From Pseudomonadota bacterium (GTDB taxonomy: Bacteria > Bdellovibrionota_F > JAHFAK01 > JBDREC01), in NCBI GenBank assembly GCA_043820105.1, contig JBDREC010000024.1, forward strand, positions 1-46,003: a DNA stretch of 46,003 nt, read 5' to 3'. Shown in pieces: positions 36,107 to 46,001 of this stretch (position 1 is its first letter; each line of letters begins with the position of its first letter). Below the pieces are notes generated by a model. The model was not told the origin of the DNA. It made no database searches and was given only the letters and a program-made list of their open reading frames with translations. Both the position numbers and the translations under genes were made by a program.

Positions 36107-36498
36107 TGGCAATGTTTTAAGACGGATCTCGCTACTATTCTAAATTGAACCAACTAGTAATATTGTTTTCCAAAGATCTTTTAATTTTATATTTTCAAGG
36201 CACTTTGCGCAGCAAGCCTCACCTATCTTTCAATAGGAACCTTAGATACTGGAAGCTCAGTCGATGACTACCAAGTGTATGTCTGCAAACCAGATGGAAT
36301 TTGGCTAGTGACAACAACAGGTGTAACAGCTGCAGACCTGTCGTAGATTTATGGCGCAAGGTATATTCATTAAATTACGAAGTATTTGAAGGCGCCAATT
36401 CTGGAACCCAACCGTCTGTCAGTCAATGGATTCCTCCAACAACATAAACAGGATGAATTCTCTCTTAAAAAAAATATTCAATAAGCAACCTGCCTATA

Positions 36499-37596
36499 TT
36501 ATTCATTTGCTCTTTTCATTTTCCACCACTTTTCTGTTTTGATATGCCCAAAGACTGAAACTGCTTCACCCATTTTGGGAAATGTTGCATCTACATGCAT
36601 TCTGTTTGCAATCGAAAAAATAATACCAAATGGTTCATGCCAACTATGCATTGCCAAGTCAAAAGAGCTGTTATGAATGGGAAACATAATATTTCCTCTT
36701 AGATCAATATGTGATTGAACACTTTCCACAGGCATCATATGCATCTCTTTCCAATCTTCATGGTATGCTCCTGCTTCCAAAAACGTCATATCAAAGGGAC
36801 CATACTTTTGTCCAATTTCTTTAAAACCTTTAAAATAACCACTATCTCCACTGAAATATATTTTAGCTTTTGGTGAGTTTATTACCCAAGAGCACCATAG
36901 GGTTTTGCCACCATCAAAGAGGCCACGTCCAGAGAAGTGTTGTGCAGGAGTAGCAACCAACTCAATTGATTCATGACGCGCACTTTCCCACCAATCAAGT
37001 TCAACAATGTTTTCTTTGTTTATCCCAAATTGAATTAGTGTATCTGATAACCCCAATGGAACAAAAAACTTTTTAGTTTTATTCCGTAATGATTTAATAC
37101 TATCTTCATCTAAATGATCATAGTGATTATGTGAAATGACTACTCCTTCAACTTCAGGTAGGTTTTCAATGTTTATTGGTAAAACATGAAATCGTTTGCT
37201 ACTTAATATGTTTGTAGGAGAAATATTATCTGAAAACACAGGATCTGTGAGCCAAAACTTCCCTTCAATTTTAAAAAGAAGTGTTGAGTGAAGTAGACGG
37301 ATTACAGAGTAGTCCTCAAGTTCAAGTAAGGATTCTATGCTTTGTTTTATAACAGGAATGACATTTTTATCTTTTGGTTTTGAATCTTCGGACTTTTCAG
37401 TGATATACTTCCAAAGTCCTGAAAAGATATTTGAAATACCTATCTTGTACCTACTCTTAGGATCAGGATTTACAAATTTTCCGTTTAAGACATGATCTGA
37501 TGCCGTCTTAGTGGCTACATCAGTTGAAAGGACAGTACAATAAAACATAAATACTCCTGAGAATAGTATTAAAAAATACTTTTTATAATTCCACAC
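36499..37596 (-). CDS. MBL-fold metallo-hydrolase (NAPE-PLD/RomA-like)
   Basis: TDPVFS, ISHNHYDHLD, ELDWWE, PAQHFSGRG, YFSGDSGY, GAY, HMMP and PIH. Confidence 0.95.
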   Translation of the reverse strand: MWNYKKYFLILFSGVFMFYCTVLSTDVATKTASDHVLNGKFVNPDPKSRYKIGISNIFSGLWKYITEKSEDSKPKDKNVIPVIKQSIESLLELEDYSVIRLLHSTLLFKIEGKFWLTDPVFSDNISPTNILSSKRFHVLPINIENLPEVEGVVISHNHYDHLDEDSIKSLRNKTKKFFVPLGLSDTLIQFGINKENIVELDWWESARHESIELVATPAQHFSGRGLFDGGKTLWCSWVINSPKAKIYFSGDSGYFKGFKEIGQKYGPFDMTFLEAGAYHEDWKEMHMMPVESVQSHIDLRGNIMFPIHNSSFDLAMHSWHEPFGIIFSIANRMHVDATFPKMGEAVSVFGHIKTEKWWKMKRANE

Positions 37597-37689
37597 AGTT
37601 ACAACCTTAAAATTAATATAATTAGAAAAGACTTATTAAATATCAACAAACACTCTGAGAAATTCTAAAGTTTCTCTAAGTGATTTTTT

Positions 37690-38037
37690 TTAATTTTTAG
37701 TACTTTGAATTAATCTAAAAAACATTTTAGAAAGAGTTTCACATTGATTATAGAAATTATTATAAATCTCTTTGTCAAAATCACTATCTGTAAAAATAAG
37801 ATCTAAAACAGTAACACATTCATATACAGATCCTCTTGCATAAGAATAGAAGTTTTTTTTCTCTTTTTTTGAAAATCTTCCAGATCCTTCAGCAATATTA
37901 AGGATGATTGAAATTGATGCACGGTTGAGTTGGTCTTTAAGTTCTTTATCGATTTTATTAGTCTTTAGAAAGGATTTGATTTCTTTATAGAAGATTTTTG
38001 ATTTCTGGTAGACATCAAGCTTTTCAAAATCGAACAT
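37690..38037 (-). CDS. Four-helix-bundle protein (23S rRNA IVS-like, TIGR02436-type)
   Basis: MFDFEKLDVYQKS...DQLNRASISIILNIAEGSGR...FYSYARGSVYEC. True start is at 38037; the upstream extension is repeat-derived. Confidence 0.95.
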   Translation of the reverse strand: MFDFEKLDVYQKSKIFYKEIKSFLKTNKIDKELKDQLNRASISIILNIAEGSGRFSKKEKKNFYSYARGSVYECVTVLDLIFTDSDFDKEIYNNFYNQCETLSKMFFRLIQSTKN

Positions 38038-38051
38038 GGTGTATCCAATTA

Positions 38052-38150
38052 TTAGTACTGGGTTTGAGTTTGAGTAGTGGGGGGGTAAATTTTTCTTCTT
38101 TCTTCGGTTTTCTTCTTTTTCCTCAATACTCATTACCCTAACTCACTACT
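38052..38150. repeat. Inverted hexamer arrays in the four-helix-bundle leader
   Basis: tagtactgggtttgagtttgagtagtggg, a pyrimidine-rich spacer, then ctcaatactcattaccctaactcactactc. Confidence 0.7.
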
Positions 38151-38180
38151 CCCGTAAATTTTGAGGTTACGAAAAATTTA

Positions 38181-38270
38181 CGGAGAGCGCGGGATTCGAA
38201 CCCGCGAGGCAGTTTAACCCGCCCACACGATTAGCAATCGTGCGCCTTCAGCCGACTCGGCCAGCTCTCC
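38181..38270 (-). tRNA. tRNA-Ser(GCT)
   Basis: GGAGAGC acceptor, anticodon arm CACGA-TTGCTAA-TCGTG, long variable arm, GGTTCGAATCC T loop, G discriminator; CCA not encoded. Confidence 0.97.
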
Positions 38271-38348
38271 AAATTAGACTCTAAATCTAATTTCAAACAA
38301 GGATTTATAATAATGATATTTAATTGTAAAGATTTTTCTTTTTATATT

Positions 38349-39609
38349 TTAGCTTTGTTTTTTTATTATTCTATTTATTAAACTTGGAAATATTTGTTCT
38401 TTATTGACAGTGAGCTTATCGTAAGCAGATGCCTTTAATGAAAGAGAGGTCAGGTCAGCAAACTCTTCAACCAATAGGGGGAATTGGCTGAACTTACCGG
38501 CTAGAGCAAAAAATGTATTATCATTTAATTTCATTATAACATGGTCGTATTTTCTTTTTTTCATTTTAATATGTTCTGTTTTTATGCCCCAGTAGCATCC
38601 TGCAATTTCATTAATATCAATTCCCAGCTTTTTGCACATTATTTCTTGATAATCTTTCTGGTTTATTTCTTCATCAAGGTTTATTCTAGTATAAGAACCC
38701 AATGTAGAAATATAATTATTATTTACTCTGATCTTAATATGATTAAAAATATCTTCAGCATTTGGTGTGAAACGGACAAAATTTGGATAATTTAATGCTT
38801 TTTTTAAAACAAGTATTGGGCTTTTTGTTGATTTAATATTTCTAGACTCATCGTTAAAACCAAGCTCTTTTATGTGAAGTGGCAAGTTTTTTCCTGAAGC
38901 TATTATTAAAAGGTCAGGTTTTATTGTATGTTTATTCAGTTTAACATGGGTTTTATTGTGTTTTGAGATTAATTTATATTTTGCTTTTGTTATTATTTTT
39001 GTGTCAGAATTTAACCTAGAAAGTAAGGAACAATAAATACTTTCAATGTCCATAATAGAATCAGTGCTTTTTACTAATTTGTATTTACTAGGTCCATTTT
39101 CAGAATTTTCCCAGGTCTTTGCAAGTTCAATAAGATTTGTGTCTGATAAAGACTCTTCTTTAAAATTATATCCTAATTTTTTTAATCTAGCTAAGGCTAC
39201 AAAGTGCAAATAATACTTCCAGCCTAATTTTTGCCAGAGTTTTAAATCATTTGAGTTTATTGCATATATAAAATTAACTCTTTCATCCGTAAACCAGCCC
39301 TCGGGACTTGGAAAATACAGTATTCCATTTTTTGAACAATTTATGTTTAGTTTTTTTTTTTGGAAAAATATTTCCATATACTTTAGATAAAGATGAAATG
39401 GCCCTATGGCAGGAAAGTAAGGTGGATTTGTTTGGAAGGGGGGCATATAAAAATCCAGTATGATACCAATTTTGAGTTGCTAAAGAGGCTTCACCACCAA
39501 GCCTTTCTTCTTTTTCTAATAAAATAATCTTATAGTTATTTCTTGAAAGAATTTCAGCCAGGCAAATACCTGAAATTCCTGAACCTATTATTACAGCAGT
39601 TTTTTTCAT
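38349..39609 (-). pseudogene. FAD-dependent oxidoreductase split at an A11 tract (ORFs 39283..39609 and 38349..39446); may be intact in vivo
   Basis: N-terminal IIGSGISG...LLEKE...GGEAS..TQNWYHTG. Removing one A at 39351..39361 gives YGNIFPKKKLNINCSKNG and one continuous frame. Confidence 0.8.
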
Positions 39610-40796
39610 TTAATGAAACCATTTAATAATTTATATAAAAATCTAAATAATTTTATGTCAGCTGGTTTTTTTCTTTCACTTACAACATCACTAATATAAT
39701 TTGAAAGAAATTTACATGAACAGATTAAATAGAAATTAAGTTTGCCAAACCGTTTGTGATATAGAAGTTTTTCAGCAAAACTATAGGCTTTATAGATAGG
39801 AGCAATATTTTTTCTTAGTTCTTTTGGATATGAGTTAATAATTGTATTGTCGTTTTTTATCAAAGCCATATGCACTGTTTGAGCTGCAATTAAGGCAGAT
39901 TCCATTGCTTTTCCAACGCCTTCGCCATTTAAAGGATATGTGGTTCCTAAAAGCTCGCCTACAAGTAAAACTTTACCTTTTGCTGCATGCTTTAGATTGG
40001 ACAAGTTCGTGTTAATAAAAGCACCTTTTGGTTTTTCTAGCCAAGTAAAGTTTTTACCTTTTAAGCTTTTAGTAGTTTTTAAAAAATGATCTAGTTTGTT
40101 TTTTAAAAAAAGACCATTTTTGATACCACCACATCCAATATTATAAATATTGTTACCCATCGGAAAAATCCAAAAATAGCCAATTTCAAATTTGTTTTCA
40201 AAATAAATCTGAGGGTTTTGAATATTCCACTCTGCCTTACAATAAGCTCTAAGCGCAAAAATCTTTCTTTCAAATGCTAGCTTTTTATTCAATTGTTCGG
40301 AAATAGATTCCATATTTTGGCATCCACTTGCTAAAATAAGAAACCTTGCTTTTATTCTCTCTTTTTTGCCATTTTCTCCATTAGCTACTGTAATTTCAAT
40401 ATTATCATCTTTTTCTAATATTTCACCTAAGTACTTGCCTTGTCTAGACAGAGCACCTTTATTTTCGGCCCACTTTTTCAAAATTTCATCTAATCTTTTC
40501 CTTTTTAAGGAATAAAATAGTGTTTTGATTTTGAATGATTTGTTTTTAAAAGGAAAAACTAAAACTTCTTCAGCTTTAAAGGCCTCTTTTGAAATTTGCT
40601 CAAAAAGCTCTAATTTTTTCAATATTTTTATGCTGCTTTCTAATAAGCCATCACCGCAAATTTTATCTCTTGGAAAGGTGGCCTTATCTAAAAGTAGAAC
40701 TGAATGTCCTTTTTCTGCTAATTTGCCGGCAGCAACTGCACCTGAAGGTCCAGATCCAACAATAATAACGTCATAAAAATTAAGAGCCTTATTCAT
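39606..40796 (-). CDS. Geranylgeranyl reductase-family FAD-dependent oxidoreductase
   Basis: DVIIVGSGPSG, FPRDKICGDG, GYFWIFP, NIGCG and LLVGE...PLNGEGVGKAMES. Confidence 0.92.
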   Translation of the reverse strand: MNKALNFYDVIIVGSGPSGAVAAGKLAEKGHSVLLLDKATFPRDKICGDGLLESSIKILKKLELFEQISKEAFKAEEVLVFPFKNKSFKIKTLFYSLKRKRLDEILKKWAENKGALSRQGKYLGEILEKDDNIEITVANGENGKKERIKARFLILASGCQNMESISEQLNKKLAFERKIFALRAYCKAEWNIQNPQIYFENKFEIGYFWIFPMGNNIYNIGCGGIKNGLFLKNKLDHFLKTTKSLKGKNFTWLEKPKGAFINTNLSNLKHAAKGKVLLVGELLGTTYPLNGEGVGKAMESALIAAQTVHMALIKNDNTIINSYPKELRKNIAPIYKAYSFAEKLLYHKRFGKLNFYLICSCKFLSNYISDVVSERKKPADIKLFRFLYKLLNGFIK

Positions 40797-40900
40797 ATCT
40801 ATCGCATAATGGTGAAAAATATTATTCTAAGTTAATTAATAATAATTAATCTGACAATAAAATAAGCAACAGGAATATAAAATATAGAAATTTCTCTTTA

Positions 40901-40929
40901 TTGACAGCGAATAGTAAAAAAGTTATTAT
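40901..40929 (+). promoter_or_regulatory. Sigma70-type promoter
   Basis: TTGACA-17 nt-TATTAT upstream of the surface protein gene. Confidence 0.55.
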
Positions 40930-40964
40930 TTTTCATCAAAAAAAATAGTATCATGAGGAGAGGT

Positions 40965-43900
40965 ATGAAAAGCACAATAAATATTTTACAAAAAAAATAT
41001 TATTTCATTTTCCTTTTATTAATATCTTCATTATTTTTGTCTTGTGGTTCGTTTTCTTCGATTTTTGGAGGTGGAGACTCTGATTTAGACGATGCTATTG
41101 CTCAGGTGGATGAAGCTTTAGCAAAAGGCAGATACAACGAAGCACTTAATATTCTCTTTGATCTTGAAGTTGAAAATCCAGATGATCCTGCTTATAAAAG
41201 GGCTAAAGCGAAAGTTTATGCAGCAAGAGGTGGCCTTAGTGAAGAGGCATATGAAAAAAAATTAAAAATTAAAAGCAATGGAAATGTTGATATAAGTAAT
41301 ACGGCAAAAAGCTTTTATACTCCCTTTCAAGGTAGAAGTGACGAAGAAAGTAGCATGAGTCTTGCTGATACAAAAAAAGCCTTGAATCTAGCAATTCCAG
41401 AAAATAATGATTTTTCAGGGCTAACAGAAGAAGAAAAAATTGAAACAGGTGTTGTTGCAACTTCATCTATTCTATCTGCTACTTCTTATTTAACTGGAGG
41501 CGAAGATGTTGCTGGAATGTCAGATGATGAAATTGATAACTCCTTTGATGAAAGGTATGATGATGTTGAAGGGGTCATTGGTATTGCCAAAGATACCATA
41601 AAAGAAACAAGTGATGAAATTGCAAATGGGGTTATGGATGTTGGGGTCTTTAAAGCTAGCCTTAAAAAATCTTCTAACATAAAAAAGAGAATTAAAAGGA
41701 CAGAAAAAATCAGTAGTGGTTTGTCAACCTTATCTAACTGGACTAATGAAACCACCCTAAAAGGCTTATTTAAAACCATAAATAATTCAGATTATGGTGC
41801 TTATGGAAATGACGCTGCACCTGAAAATAAAATAGAGTTAAAAACACTAACAAACTTTACTCATAAGGCGGTTCAATTAGAGGTCTATCATTCCTTTAAT
41901 GCTTCGGGTCTTTCGCACTCAATCAAATGTAGTCCTATTGAAGATGCTGACAGTCAGGGATCTGAAAGTCCTTGTACAAAAAATGAAAGCATTTCTTTAA
42001 CTGGGATTAGTTTTGAATATACAAGCGGAAGTCCTGCAACTGTTACATTTAAGCCTCAAAAAACAGGTATTTATGTCTATAAAATTGAAGGAAATGGAAG
42101 TGATGTCTCAAATTTGGAATCTGATGAGATCTTTATTAATAATCCACAGATACTTGTCAATGCAGGTGACACTGAAAAGGTCAGATTTAAGGGTTCTCCT
42201 TTTTGGAATCTCTATAATAAGGCAATTGTATTTGACCAATATAGTGATACAGATCAAACGGTTCCTAGTCTGACATATTTATGGGAAGAAGGATATTCTC
42301 CTGATGCAGCTAAATGCTCTTTGACAATAAATAATTCAACTTCCCTAGCACCAGAATTTCAAATTACCTTTTTGCAGGATGTGGACAGTTGTTATGTTAG
42401 AGCTGATTTAAGTGCTACAGATGGAACCAGGACTGGAAAAGACCATATTTACTTATGGGCAAACAATGTTTCTTCAGATTTGATACAACTTGATTTTGAT
42501 AGCGAAGAGCCCATTGATCCAATTATGGCAGGTCTAAATGTTTTTGTTGATATTCTGCCCTATGAGTTTTCCTATTTATCAAGTGATGATTTGACTTGTG
42601 TAGATTCATATCTTTTTGGTTTTACCTATAAAATTATTTTAACAAATCCTGCTGGCGAAACAGAATATTTAGCTGGTTCTGCTAGCTCAAGTGAACTATA
42701 TCTTAATAATGCAGGGTCTGTGTCAAGTGTCTCAAGTCCTGATCCAGAAGGGCTTTCTGAAGACTTTGATTTGAATTTTGATGAAGACGGTTATTATAAA
42801 ATAAAGGTTTTAGTTGAAAACCAACATGAAATTTCCGGGTTAGATGATCCAATTCGTGATTGTGCTATTTTTACAGGAGTTTCTGAGGAAATACTAGACA
42901 CCTATGGAGAAACAAAGGAAACTAAATTTTATTATGAGCAAACCTTTCAAGTTGGTGAGGTTAGTGCTGCAGCAATTACTGTGAGTGATGTGACAGGTAG
43001 TGCAAGTGAAGCAGGAGGCAGTGCCAGTTTTACCGTGGTTTTAAACAGACAGCCAAATGGCACTGTTATAATAAACCTTTCTTTGTCTGACTCAGGAGAA
43101 GGAAGCCTTTCTTCTGATACCTTGACTTTTACAACCAGCAACTGGAGCACAGCCCAAACCGTTACAATTACAGGAATAAATGATGATATAGTTGACGGAA
43201 GCCAATCTTTTAATATTCTGTTTGATGTTGATAGTGAAAGCACAGATACCTCTGGTTTTACAGGTGTAAGCATTGATAATGTTGCTGTAACAAATGTGGA
43301 TAATGATACTGCGGCCTTTGATATTGACGAAGTTGATATGTTAACTGGAGAAGATGGAGCTCAGGCTACATTAAAGCTAAGGCTAGCGAGTAAGCCTTCA
43401 AACACAGTGGTTGTGGATATTGAAAGTGACGATGAAGATCTAGGAACTGTTTCAACAGATGCAATGACCTTTACAACTACAAACTGGAATGCTTATCAAA
43501 CTATTACCATTACAGGACAAGACAATGATTATGCTCTTGGCTCTGAAGATTATTCAATTGTTATTTCAATAAACAGCGAGTCTACATCTGCAAGCGAATA
43601 TTTGAGTGTTGATGATGAAGCTGTAACAATTACAAATGTTGATGATGATACCGCAGGTTTTACAGTTGGAGCAATTTCAGGCAATACAAGTGAAGCTGGA
43701 GCACAAGCCACCTTTACAGTGAAACTAAATAGTCAGCCTGATGCTGATGTTGAAATCAGTGTTACAAGTAGTAATGAAGATGAAGGTACAGTTTCACATG
43801 AAACCCTTACATTTACAGTTGATGGTGAAACTGCCTGGAATATTTTTCAAACAGTTACTGTAACAGGTGTTGATGATGACATCGCTGATGGTAGGGCAGA

Positions 43901-45611
43901 TTATGCGATAGAACTTGCTGTTGAATCAACAGACGATACAACTGGTTACGCAGACCTTGTAATTGATGATGTAAGTGTTAGTAATATAGACAATGATACA
44001 GCGGGTATTACCCTTGAAGACACGGCTAACAAAGTTACAAATGAAGCAGGAGGAACAGACACTTTTACTGTTGAATTAAACAGTGAACCAGATGATGTGG
44101 TGGTAATTAATGTCGAAAGTTCTGATACAGGAGAGGGAACAGTTTCACCTTCTTCTTTAACTTTTACGGTTGCAGGAGGAGATGATCCATGGAACATAGC
44201 TCAAACGGTTACTGTAACAGGGGCTGATGACTATCTTGCAGATGGGAATCAATCTTACACAATAAATGTAAGTATTGATGAGTCAGAAACTTTTGATACT
44301 ACAGGTTATCTTGACCTTGATCCAGAAACTGTAGATTTTACTAATAATGATAATGAAACAGCGGGTTTTACTATTAGTGCAATTTCAGGAGATACAACAG
44401 AAGCAGGAGGAGAAGCTACCTTTACTGTTCAACTGACCAGTGAGCCTATCGGTGATGTGGTAATTGATGTGGCAAGTTCTGAGCCCACAGAAGGAACAGC
44501 ATCACCTTCTTCATTAACATTTACAGTTGAAGGTGAAACTGCTTGGAATATTCCTCAAACAGTAACTGTAACAGGTGTGGATGATGAAGATAATGATGAT
44601 GATATTATTTACAGTGTTGTACTGACAATGAGTGTTCTCACAGAAGATTTAGACTATGCAGAACTTGATCCAGCTGATGTGGATGTAACAAATGTTGATG
44701 ATGAAGAATATGGGACTATTATTGGAACAGTTATAGATTCAGCAACAAGTGACCCTCTTCCTGGAGTCACTGTTACAGATCAGGATTCTTTGATAACTGA
44801 CACTACTGATGAATACGGCGAGTTTACATTAAGTGCTGTTCCACTAGGAAGTCGTACTATTGACTTTGAATTAGATGGGTATTTAGATACTTCAGAAGGT
44901 GCGACAGTTACAGATGGAGGCACTTCAGATTTGGGTGATGTTTCAATGGATGTTGAAGGTGGTACAGTTACCGGAACAGTGGTAGATGCCGTAACAGGAG
45001 ATCCATTGGTTGGAGTTTCAGTTACTGACGAAGATTCCTTAATAACAGATACAACAGATGCCTCTGGTGAATTTATTTTAAGTGATGTTCCAGCTGGCAG
45101 CCGAACAATTGAATTTTTGCTTGCTGGTTATTCAGATTATTCAACAGGTGCAACTGTTACTGATGGCGAGACAACAGATCTTGGAGGTATCACTATGAGT
45201 GAATCTCTGGATCCAGGTGAATATAGGATAGTATTAACCTGGACCTTGTCTAGAGATTTGGATTTTTATTCTTATACTCCTTTAGTAGAAACTATTTATT
45301 ATGGTAATTTATCAGGAACAGGAATTTCCCTTGATAATGATGACACAACAGATGGGCCTGAGACAATTACTATTTCATCTCAACAGGAAGGTGTTTATGG
45401 TTTCAAGGTTAATAATTGGTCAGCAGATACTTCGATGTGCAATACTGGCGCTGAAATCAATATTTATGATGAGGCTGGTTTCTTGGAAAGCATTGATGTT
45501 CCAACCTCAGGATGCGTTTCTTCTGATTATGTTTGGTATGCTTTTGATTTTGATTGCGATTTATTTGAATGTACTATTGATCTTGTAAATACCTTTTCAG
45601 AATCACTTTAA
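40965..45611 (+). CDS. Large acidic surface lipoprotein: 5 Calx-beta-like repeats, 2 carboxypeptidase-regulatory-like domains, YfaP/DUF2135-like C-terminus
   Basis: GGAG RBS before ATG 40965; lipobox LFLS-C; TPR-like helices. Five ~115-aa repeats (TxEAG..A.FTV.L...P...LTFT...W...QTVTVTG.DD..D...V.N.DND), two GTV.D..T.DPL.GV.V repeats, then YRIVLTW..DLD..LDNDDT..GPETITI. Confidence 0.9.
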   Translation: MKSTINILQKKYYFIFLLLISSLFLSCGSFSSIFGGGDSDLDDAIAQVDEALAKGRYNEALNILFDLEVENPDDPAYKRAKAKVYAARGGLSEEAYEKKLKIKSNGNVDISNTAKSFYTPFQGRSDEESSMSLADTKKALNLAIPENNDFSGLTEEEKIETGVVATSSILSATSYLTGGEDVAGMSDDEIDNSFDERYDDVEGVIGIAKDTIKETSDEIANGVMDVGVFKASLKKSSNIKKRIKRTEKISSGLSTLSNWTNETTLKGLFKTINNSDYGAYGNDAAPENKIELKTLTNFTHKAVQLEVYHSFNASGLSHSIKCSPIEDADSQGSESPCTKNESISLTGISFEYTSGSPATVTFKPQKTGIYVYKIEGNGSDVSNLESDEIFINNPQILVNAGDTEKVRFKGSPFWNLYNKAIVFDQYSDTDQTVPSLTYLWEEGYSPDAAKCSLTINNSTSLAPEFQITFLQDVDSCYVRADLSATDGTRTGKDHIYLWANNVSSDLIQLDFDSEEPIDPIMAGLNVFVDILPYEFSYLSSDDLTCVDSYLFGFTYKIILTNPAGETEYLAGSASSSELYLNNAGSVSSVSSPDPEGLSEDFDLNFDEDGYYKIKVLVENQHEISGLDDPIRDCAIFTGVSEEILDTYGETKETKFYYEQTFQVGEVSAAAITVSDVTGSASEAGGSASFTVVLNRQPNGTVIINLSLSDSGEGSLSSDTLTFTTSNWSTAQTVTITGINDDIVDGSQSFNILFDVDSESTDTSGFTGVSIDNVAVTNVDNDTAAFDIDEVDMLTGEDGAQATLKLRLASKPSNTVVVDIESDDEDLGTVSTDAMTFTTTNWNAYQTITITGQDNDYALGSEDYSIVISINSESTSASEYLSVDDEAVTITNVDDDTAGFTVGAISGNTSEAGAQATFTVKLNSQPDADVEISVTSSNEDEGTVSHETLTFTVDGETAWNIFQTVTVTGVDDDIADGRADYAIELAVESTDDTTGYADLVIDDVSVSNIDNDTAGITLEDTANKVTNEAGGTDTFTVELNSEPDDVVVINVESSDTGEGTVSPSSLTFTVAGGDDPWNIAQTVTVTGADDYLADGNQSYTINVSIDESETFDTTGYLDLDPETVDFTNNDNETAGFTISAISGDTTEAGGEATFTVQLTSEPIGDVVIDVASSEPTEGTASPSSLTFTVEGETAWNIPQTVTVTGVDDEDNDDDIIYSVVLTMSVLTEDLDYAELDPADVDVTNVDDEEYGTIIGTVIDSATSDPLPGVTVTDQDSLITDTTDEYGEFTLSAVPLGSRTIDFELDGYLDTSEGATVTDGGTSDLGDVSMDVEGGTVTGTVVDAVTGDPLVGVSVTDEDSLITDTTDASGEFILSDVPAGSRTIEFLLAGYSDYSTGATVTDGETTDLGGITMSESLDPGEYRIVLTWTLSRDLDFYSYTPLVETIYYGNLSGTGISLDNDDTTDGPETITISSQQEGVYGFKVNNWSADTSMCNTGAEINIYDEAGFLESIDVPTSGCVSSDYVWYAFDFDCDLFECTIDLVNTFSESL

Positions 45612-45620
45612 AAAAAAATA

Positions 45621-46001
45621 TTAAAAAATCTTTTTATTAAATATAAATTTCACAATATTCTTTAAAGAAAACAATTCTGCTACTTTTAGTTTTTTACAGC
45701 TTAAATAAGCAATTAAATTTGGATTGTTTTTAAAAACCTTTTTATAGATGTATTTTTGTAAAAAAGTCTCTGTAAATAAATAATCAAAAAAATAAAAGAC
45801 TCTATGATAAGGTGGTTTTAATCTTTTATTTATTTTTTTAAAGTAAAGCTTTGATAACCAAATATCTTTTTTGTTTTTTTCAAATTCAACAATAGATTTT
45901 GCAGCGAGAATCCCAGAAATCATGGCTCTTCCTGTGCCATTTCCAGAAAAGGGATAACTTGAGCCCAAGGTTTCACCAGCAAGAATTAGGTTTGGAAAAT
46001 A
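45621..46001 (-). CDS. C-terminal part of a second geranylgeranyl reductase-like oxidoreductase (runs off the right edge)
   Basis: Frame is open to the edge: YFPNLILAGETLGSSYPFSGNGTGRAMISGILAA, matching VLLVGELLGTTYPLNGEGVGKAMESALIAA in 39606..40796. Confidence 0.85.
   Translation of the reverse strand, partial: YFPNLILAGETLGSSYPFSGNGTGRAMISGILAAKSIVEFEKNKKDIWLSKLYFKKINKRLKPPYHRVFYFFDYLFTETFLQKYIYKKVFKNNPNLIAYLSCKKLKVAELFSLKNIVKFIFNKKIF

Noticed and set aside
37690-38037. Diversity-generating retroelement (Avd-like gene)
   Set aside because: No reverse transcriptase, and I found no template/variable repeat pair with adenine-specific mismatches. The 1870/2189 repeat is short and its differences are not confined to A.
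36499-38270. Integrated element at tRNA-Ser
   Set aside because: No integrase, and no direct repeat of the tRNA 3' end seen in the window; only an inverted partial match.
42960-45200. DNA repeats as a mobile or recombination system
   Set aside because: Fully explained by tandem Calx-beta-like and carboxypeptidase-regulatory-like protein domains.
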